A DNA stretch of 64,000 nucleotides from an uncultured delta proteobacterium (GTDB taxonomy: Bacteria; Myxococcota_A; Polyangia; Polyangiales; JAFGIB01), in assembly GCA_963778655.1 (NCBI GenBank), contig CAVZVA010000002.1, positions 224,001 to 288,000 of the forward strand, written 5' to 3'. The notes below the pieces were generated by a model that had not been told where the DNA came from, did not search any database, and saw only the letters and a program-made list of their open reading frames with translations. Shown here in pieces: positions 58,623 to 64,000 of the stretch. Numbering within the stretch: the stretch's first letter is position 1; each line of letters opens with the position of its first letter. The position numbers and the translations under genes are program-made.

Positions 58623-59690
58623 TCAGCGCTGCTCGACCTTGCCGGTGGCGAGGGCGCGCCGCACGCGGTCGCTGAACGGGCCGTGCGGGTATTGCGTGAG
58701 GTAGGGAGCGGCCAGGCGCTTGGCCTCGTCGAGCCGTCCGAGCTTGACCAGAGCCAGCAACAACAGCTGCCGGCGCTCCTGCGTGAACATGCTGCCACGG
58801 AACTCGGCTTCGCCCTGGCGCGCAAGCCGCAGCGCACGCGCCGGATCGCTGAGCAGCACGCGCTGGGTCATCGCCAACATGCCCATCTCGCGCTCGAGTA
58901 GGACGTCGTCTTGCGCCTCGGGCTCCGGCGGCTGGGCGGCCGGCTGCCGCGCGGTCGGGGGGCGCGGCAGCTCGGGCTGAGCCGCGGGCGCGGGCGCGGG
59001 TTGCACCGCCTGCTGTGCACCGCGCGCGGGTTGCGCGACCTGGAACAAGTCCGTGCCGGTCCCGCCGGGGGCGCTGGCGCTCGTGCCGCTGCCGTCCGCA
59101 GCACGCGCCACGTCCGGCGCGCCGCGCTCGAGCGCGCGCGCGCGGTGCTCGTGCTTGTTGGATGCGGTCTTGGCGCCGGCGTGCGTGCCCCGTGCATGCA
59201 GCAGGCGCGGGGCGTGGCTCGCGCGCGTTCGCTCGGCATCGGCACTCGGCGCAAGCGGCGTGGTCGCCACCGGGGCTGCGGCGGCTGGCACCTGCACCTG
59301 CGCCACCTGCGCAGGCTCGACCGGCTGCGGGGCTGGCGCGCGCGCGACAACCGCCTGCGAGGTGACGCTTGGAGCCGAGGCCTGCCGGGGCACGGCGAGC
59401 ATGGCTGCGGCTGCGGCCACGCCAATCAGCACGGGCGCCGCAATCCAGCCGATCAGGCTGCCGCCTGCTGCCGCGGCGGCCGCGCCGGCTCCGCTCGACT
59501 GCAACCCCTTGGCCCATTCCGGCAGCGGCGCACCGGCATCGAGGCGCGCCAGATGCTTGCTCAGCCCGCGCTCGAAATCGTACCCGCGCACGCGCGCGTC
59601 GCGCCCCGCGACCAGCAGCTCGCGCATGTACGACGGCTGCGTCGGATCATCAGCGAGCGGCGTGAGCCTGGGTGCTGCGCGCTTGCTCAT
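58623..59690 (-). CDS. Putative anti-sigma factor (single TM, Pro/Ala linker, C-terminal TPR-like helices)
   Basis: ATGA-coupled downstream of the ECF sigma; TM IAAPVLIGVAAAAAML; C-terminal ALVKLGRLDEAKRLA...YPHGPF. Confidence 0.7.
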   Translation of the reverse strand: MSKRAAPRLTPLADDPTQPSYMRELLVAGRDARVRGYDFERGLSKHLARLDAGAPLPEWAKGLQSSGAGAAAAAAGGSLIGWIAAPVLIGVAAAAAMLAVPRQASAPSVTSQAVVARAPAPQPVEPAQVAQVQVPAAAAPVATTPLAPSADAERTRASHAPRLLHARGTHAGAKTASNKHEHRARALERGAPDVARAADGSGTSASAPGGTGTDLFQVAQPARGAQQAVQPAPAPAAQPELPRPPTARQPAAQPPEPEAQDDVLLEREMGMLAMTQRVLLSDPARALRLARQGEAEFRGSMFTQERRQLLLLALVKLGRLDEAKRLAAPYLTQYPHGPFSDRVRRALATGKVEQR

Positions 59691-60268
59691 GAGCGTGCTC
59701 CCTGCATGCGGGCTGCGATGCCGGGGGCTCGTTCCACGCCGAGCGCCGCAGCGGCCTCTTGAAACAGCTTGCGCGCCGCCCGCAGGCGCGAGTACGCGGT
59801 ATCCACCGGGATGCCTAGCCCGGCCGCAATCGCAACCACCGTCTCGCCGTGGATCTCAGCCATGATGAAGATGGCCCGCTTGTCCTCGTCGAGCTGGTCG
59901 AGCGCGTGCTGCAGCAACTGCAGCCGGCGCTGGTTCTCCGCCGCGCGCTCCGGATCCTGCAGCTCTCCCGCGGCCGAGCCGACCAGCTCGTCGTTGGGCC
60001 GCACGAACGCCCGTACCTGCCCCTTGCGGCGGTGGGTGGTGGCCGCGCGCAGGGCGATGTTCGCCAGGTACGTCGTCGGCTTTGCCGGACCTGGGGTGTA
60101 TCCACCCAACTTGTGCGCCACTAGAAACACGTCTTGCATCACGTCGTCGAGATCGGTGCGGGAGATCCCCATCCGCAACAAGAAGCTGGCCACGAAGCCC
60201 GCATACTGCTTAAAGAGGTCCGCTGAGCTGAGGTGTCCATCCACACGCAACGCCTCAGGGTCTCCCAT
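59687..60268 (-). CDS. ECF RNA polymerase sigma factor
   Basis: Region 2 DDVMQDVFLVAH..TYLANIA; region 4 LDEDKRAIF...IAAGLGIPVDTAYSRLRAAR. Confidence 0.9.
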   Translation of the reverse strand: MGDPEALRVDGHLSSADLFKQYAGFVASFLLRMGISRTDLDDVMQDVFLVAHKLGGYTPGPAKPTTYLANIALRAATTHRRKGQVRAFVRPNDELVGSAAGELQDPERAAENQRRLQLLQHALDQLDEDKRAIFIMAEIHGETVVAIAAGLGIPVDTAYSRLRAARKLFQEAAAALGVERAPGIAARMQGARS

Positions 60269-60372
60269 GCGGTTAATGCCTCTGTGCGTCGGATCCGTCA
60301 CGCTACCCCGAGCAATTGTGCCCCAAAGTCGGGCCATAAACGACCCGGCAACGGCTCGTTCCTCGCGATTCA

Positions 60373-61524
60373 CTAGAAAAAGCGGAGAACCGGGCCGACA
60401 CCAATGAGCACGGCAACAGGCGTGAGCGCGCGCTCGCCTGCTACGCCTCCTTGTGCATCTAGCGCTTGAATGTGGTGCTTGGCCAGCGGAACGGCGAGAT
60501 CCACGCTGCCGGCCAGCGCGAGCCAGGGCGGAGCCAGCATGGCCTGGGCTTCTATGCCGCCGACCATGGCGCTCCAGGGAACAGACTGCGTCAGCTCCGG
60601 CGAGAAGCCACGGCCGCGCGTGACCAGCGCGCCGGCGATCACGCCCAGGCAACCCAGCACGCGCAGGCGGTTGGCCGCGTCGACCGCGCCGCAGGCGTCC
60701 AGCCGTCCGGCGAGCAAGGCCACGTAGAAGGTGCTGCCCTCGGGCGTGCCGCGTAGAGACTGGTGGTCGAGCTGCGATGCCATCACGCCCAGCCGCAGGT
60801 CCAGCCACGGCACGAAGCCGAGCTCGACGCGGGAGGACGCGGCCCACGCCGGATCGGTCAACAGACCCGAGGTGGCTTGACCGAGCACGCCGAGCCCGAG
60901 CCGGAAGTAGGGCGGGCCGGGTTTCTCGCGCGGCGCCGGCGCCAGCAGCTGCTCGTCGGAGGGCAAGGCGGCGGCCTTCGCGCCTTCTCCCATCAGCGAA
61001 GCGTCGATCGCGAGCGCGATCGATAGCGCGACCGCGGCGTGGAGCTGCTCGCAGTCGAGGGCCGCGTCCGCGAGCGTGCGCTCGGCGTGCTCGCCGCCGC
61101 GGTCGATCCGGAACTGGACGCGGTTTTTGTCGCTGGCATCGCCTCGCACGTCGATGCGGATGCGGGCGTCGATGGCGTCGCGGCGCAGCCAGCGCGCCAC
61201 GCGCCGCACCAGCCGCTCGCGCTCCAGACAGCTCGCGCCCGGAGCCAGCGTGATCGCGCTTTCGAGCGGTTGCACCGGCACGGCGCCGGGACCGGGCGGC
61301 CGCGAGCTGGGGCCCGGCAACGGCGCGCCCGGGGCGGGGGCCGCGGGCGGCGCGGGCGGCGGGGAGCTCGGCGCCGGCGCAGACGGCTGCGGCGGGCCAG
61401 CCGCGGGGGCCGGCGCCGCGGGCGGCTGCGCGGCCGCGCCCGCCAGCACGGGCGCCATCCGTGCCGGCGCCAACAGCGCGAGCACCAGCACGAGCACGCT
61501 GCTGGCCTGAGCTCTGGGCACCAT
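60373..61524 (-). CDS. Secreted/outer-membrane protein with C-terminal beta-barrel-like region (ECF cassette member)
   Basis: Signal peptide, Pro-rich linker, ERTL..C..L..AVALSIALAID motif, amphipathic strands and a C-terminal Phe. Confidence 0.7.
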   Translation of the reverse strand: MVPRAQASSVLVLVLALLAPARMAPVLAGAAAQPPAAPAPAAGPPQPSAPAPSSPPPAPPAAPAPGAPLPGPSSRPPGPGAVPVQPLESAITLAPGASCLERERLVRRVARWLRRDAIDARIRIDVRGDASDKNRVQFRIDRGGEHAERTLADAALDCEQLHAAVALSIALAIDASLMGEGAKAAALPSDEQLLAPAPREKPGPPYFRLGLGVLGQATSGLLTDPAWAASSRVELGFVPWLDLRLGVMASQLDHQSLRGTPEGSTFYVALLAGRLDACGAVDAANRLRVLGCLGVIAGALVTRGRGFSPELTQSVPWSAMVGGIEAQAMLAPPWLALAGSVDLAVPLAKHHIQALDAQGGVAGERALTPVAVLIGVGPVLRFF

Positions 61525-61800
61525 CTGTCGGAAGTGATCCGTCCGGGCAGCGGTCTGTGCGACCGGCAGGCAGCGGCCCCACCCACCCGATGACGGGGTT
61601 GCCTGCTTCGGCCTTCTACCCTGCCGCTTCCCGCGGCGACAAGCGCAGCGGGCCGCATCCGCCGAGCCGCAGCCGAGTCGGGGCGTGCACAGCTCTGGAA
61701 TTGGAAGGCGCGGCCCCGGGCCCGCGTGACCCGCGACGCCGCTGCCGTACACTAGACAGGGCTGGTGTGGCGCTTGGCGGCGCCCGCGGTTGGGATGACG

Positions 61801-63045
61801 ATGAGGGTTAGCGGCTGCTGTCTGTGTGTCGGGTTCTTCGCATCGGTCTGCGCCTTCGCAGGCTGCGGCGAGACCACGCAGACCGTGGGCAGCCTCAAAG
61901 CCGCCTCCAACCTCGGCGCGAGCCAAGGCGTCCTTCCCGCTGCCGGCAACCGCCCCACCACGGCCGCGCACACCGACGCAGGCGCGGCCAGCGCGGCCAC
62001 GGGCAGCAGCGGGAGCGCGGGCCAGGGCAGCGGCGTCGCCGTGGCGGGCGGCGCAGGGGTCGGCGTGCCCACAAGCGGCAACCTCCCCATCCTGCCACCC
62101 CCGCCTCCGCCCCCGGGCGTCGCGTGCGCCGGCAGCTCGACACCGGCCACCCCGCGCCAGTTCGACCTCTATCTGATGATCGACACGAACATCACGATCC
62201 CGCTCTCCGGAGCCTGGGACAACGTGCGCGACGGCTTGGTCAGCTACGCCAACGACCGCTGCGCCGATGGCGTCGGGGTCGGCGTTCGCTACTTCGGCGT
62301 GGACTGCAACGCGAGCACCTACGCCACGCCCACCACCCCGACCGCGCCGTTGCCGCAGAACGCAGCCGCCATCGAGCAGGACATCCCGAAGACGCCCTTC
62401 ATGGCGTCGCCGACGCTGCCGGCGCTGCAGGGCGCGCTGACGTACTCGGGCATGCGGGCGCAGAGCCTTCCCGACTCGAAGCAGATCGTGGTGCTGATCT
62501 CCGACGGCTTCTACGACTTCATCTGCCAGGGCCCCAGCACCGTGGCGAGCGTGTTCTCGGCCGGCAGCAGCTCCGCTCCCGTCACGCCCACCTACGTGCT
62601 CGCGCTCGACGCGCCCAATCTGATCAACGTGCCCGGGCTGTCGCAATTGCTGAGCCCGGTGGTGCGCTTCGATCCGCTGGATACGATCGCGCAGAGCGGC
62701 GGCACGGGCAAAGCGCGCCACATCGACCTGCAAGCCGATCCTTCGGTGTTCGCGCAGAGCCTGGTCGACATTCAGCACGACGCCCAGCCCTGCGACTACG
62801 CCGTTCCCGACGCGGTGCGCGCCGATCCCACGGCGATGGCGGTCGGGCTCAAGGACGACGCAGGCGCACAGACCGCGCTGGCGCAGGTCTCGGACGCCGC
62901 GGCGTGCGCCCAGGCCTCGCAGGACGGCTACTACCTGGACGACCCCGCCGACCCGAGCTGGGCCGTGCTCTGCCCAAGCACGTGCGCTGCGGTCAAGGCT
63001 GGCTGCGACCAGGTGGTGTGGGTGACCGGCTGCCCGGCCCCGTGA
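61801..63045 (+). CDS. vWA-domain lipoprotein with degenerate MIDAS
   Basis: Lipobox FAGC; LYLMIDTNIT, PTLPALQGAL, VVLISDG and IAQSGGTG; Cys-rich tail (LCPSTC, GCP). Confidence 0.75.
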   Translation: MRVSGCCLCVGFFASVCAFAGCGETTQTVGSLKAASNLGASQGVLPAAGNRPTTAAHTDAGAASAATGSSGSAGQGSGVAVAGGAGVGVPTSGNLPILPPPPPPPGVACAGSSTPATPRQFDLYLMIDTNITIPLSGAWDNVRDGLVSYANDRCADGVGVGVRYFGVDCNASTYATPTTPTAPLPQNAAAIEQDIPKTPFMASPTLPALQGALTYSGMRAQSLPDSKQIVVLISDGFYDFICQGPSTVASVFSAGSSSAPVTPTYVLALDAPNLINVPGLSQLLSPVVRFDPLDTIAQSGGTGKARHIDLQADPSVFAQSLVDIQHDAQPCDYAVPDAVRADPTAMAVGLKDDAGAQTALAQVSDAAACAQASQDGYYLDDPADPSWAVLCPSTCAAVKAGCDQVVWVTGCPAP

Positions 63046-63071
63046 CGGCGCGCCTGCGCCAAGCGACCACC

Positions 63072-63998
63072 TCAAGCCGATGGCGGGATGTCGGGCGGAC
63101 CGCCGCCGCCCAGCAGCTCGAGCGCGGCGCGACGGCGGCTGACCAGCACGCGCGCCGGCTCGCCGCGCCGCTCCAGACGCAGCTCGCACGCGGCCAGCTT
63201 GGTGTTGAGGCAGAGCTTGTGCCCCCCGGGCGGATCGCCGTAGCGCAGCGCCACGAAGGCTTCGCGCGGGCCATGCACGTGGAGCGTCACGCGCAGACCA
63301 TGAGCCGCGCTGTGCGCGCGCAGCTCGAGCCCGTCGATGCGCGCGCGGGCCGCGGCGGCGGTGAGCAGCCCGTTGAGCCTGAGCTCCTCGCCGCGCGTGC
63401 GCAGCACCAGCAGCGTGAGCAGCTTGCTGGTGACCGGCCCCAGCTGCACGCGCGCGCTGGCGCATTCGAGGAAGGCGTCCGGCTCGTCGTCGAAGCCGGC
63501 CACCTGGGCCCAGGCGTAGCGCGCGGTGTGGCGTTCGCCCCAGTTGTGGTTCTGGCTGCCGACCCAGTCGTCGACCTCGACCTGTGTCCCGTCGATCTCG
63601 AGCGCGCCGTCAAAGCGCGCGTTCGGCGTGCCGACCAGGCTCTTGGCTTTGGGAAAGCCAGCTTGGTAGAGCCGCGGCGGCAGCAGCAACAGCGGCGCCT
63701 GCCCGGTGCCATGCCGCAGCGACCAGCCGATACGGTGCGCGGCGCCCTGCGCGGCGCCTTGCGAGCGATCCTGCTCGAGGGTCGCGCTGCCGATGCGCAC
63801 CGCGAGCTCGCTGTTCGAGAACGCGCACGCGGCCAGCGGCTCGCGCTGCGTGGCGACCGCGATCCGCCCCCGCTCGCCGTCGAAGTAGATCGCCCACAGC
63901 TCGCCCACGGCGTCCTCGGCCCGGCCGCGCGGCGACAGCAGCGTGTAGCGGATCCAGAAGGCCAGCGGCCGGCTGGGATGGTTGGCGCGCTGGAAATA
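63072..63998 (-). CDS. Hypothetical protein, tocopherol cyclase/AttH-like beta fold (5'-truncated)
   Basis: Frame open to the window end (YFQRANHPSRPLAFWIRYTLL...); GSQNHNWG..H..RYAWAQ motif. Confidence 0.7.
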   Translation of the reverse strand, partial: YFQRANHPSRPLAFWIRYTLLSPRGRAEDAVGELWAIYFDGERGRIAVATQREPLAACAFSNSELAVRIGSATLEQDRSQGAAQGAAHRIGWSLRHGTGQAPLLLLPPRLYQAGFPKAKSLVGTPNARFDGALEIDGTQVEVDDWVGSQNHNWGERHTARYAWAQVAGFDDEPDAFLECASARVQLGPVTSKLLTLLVLRTRGEELRLNGLLTAAAARARIDGLELRAHSAAHGLRVTLHVHGPREAFVALRYGDPPGGHKLCLNTKLAACELRLERRGEPARVLVSRRRAALELLGGGGPPDIPPSA

Positions 63999-64000
63999 GC

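Overview
High-GC bacterial DNA, very probably Myxococcota (MYXO-CTERM protein, many Cys-rich lipoproteins, a TSP3-OmpA protein, an ECF cassette). It holds about 53 CDS, with the first and last truncated by the window edges. I found no tRNA, rRNA, CRISPR array or transposase. Housekeeping and metabolic genes include proA-like, lgt, icmF, glucose dehydrogenase + GH63, glyA under a ZMP/ZTP riboswitch, cysG, an AmmeMemoRadiSam pair + pcm, cobB and a stand-alone AICAR transformylase. Four things stand out. (1) Two lipoproteins carry a complete PHM/dopamine-beta-hydroxylase-type copper-ligand set. One is fused to a c-type cytochrome; the other is heme-less but sits directly downstream of a stand-alone CX4CH cytochrome and a diheme cytochrome. 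This fusion/fission pattern suggests a cytochrome-fed bacterial copper monooxygenase system. (2) A 12.5 kb candidate O2/hypoxia island (44975-57506) contains a Cys-rich Crp/Fnr, a globin-coupled kinase, a frameshifted REC-PAS kinase, an NtrC-type activator, three near-consensus sigma54 promoters, an RpoH-like sigma factor, 3 CBS and 2 USP proteins and an Mla/MCE transporter. (3) A TraB-like OmpA gene is coupled to a repeat-rich MYXO-CTERM adhesin. (4) There are two candidate minus-strand sRNAs with intrinsic terminators, and a dispersed CTTCCCGT repeat family. All functional calls come from motif reading only; no searches were run.
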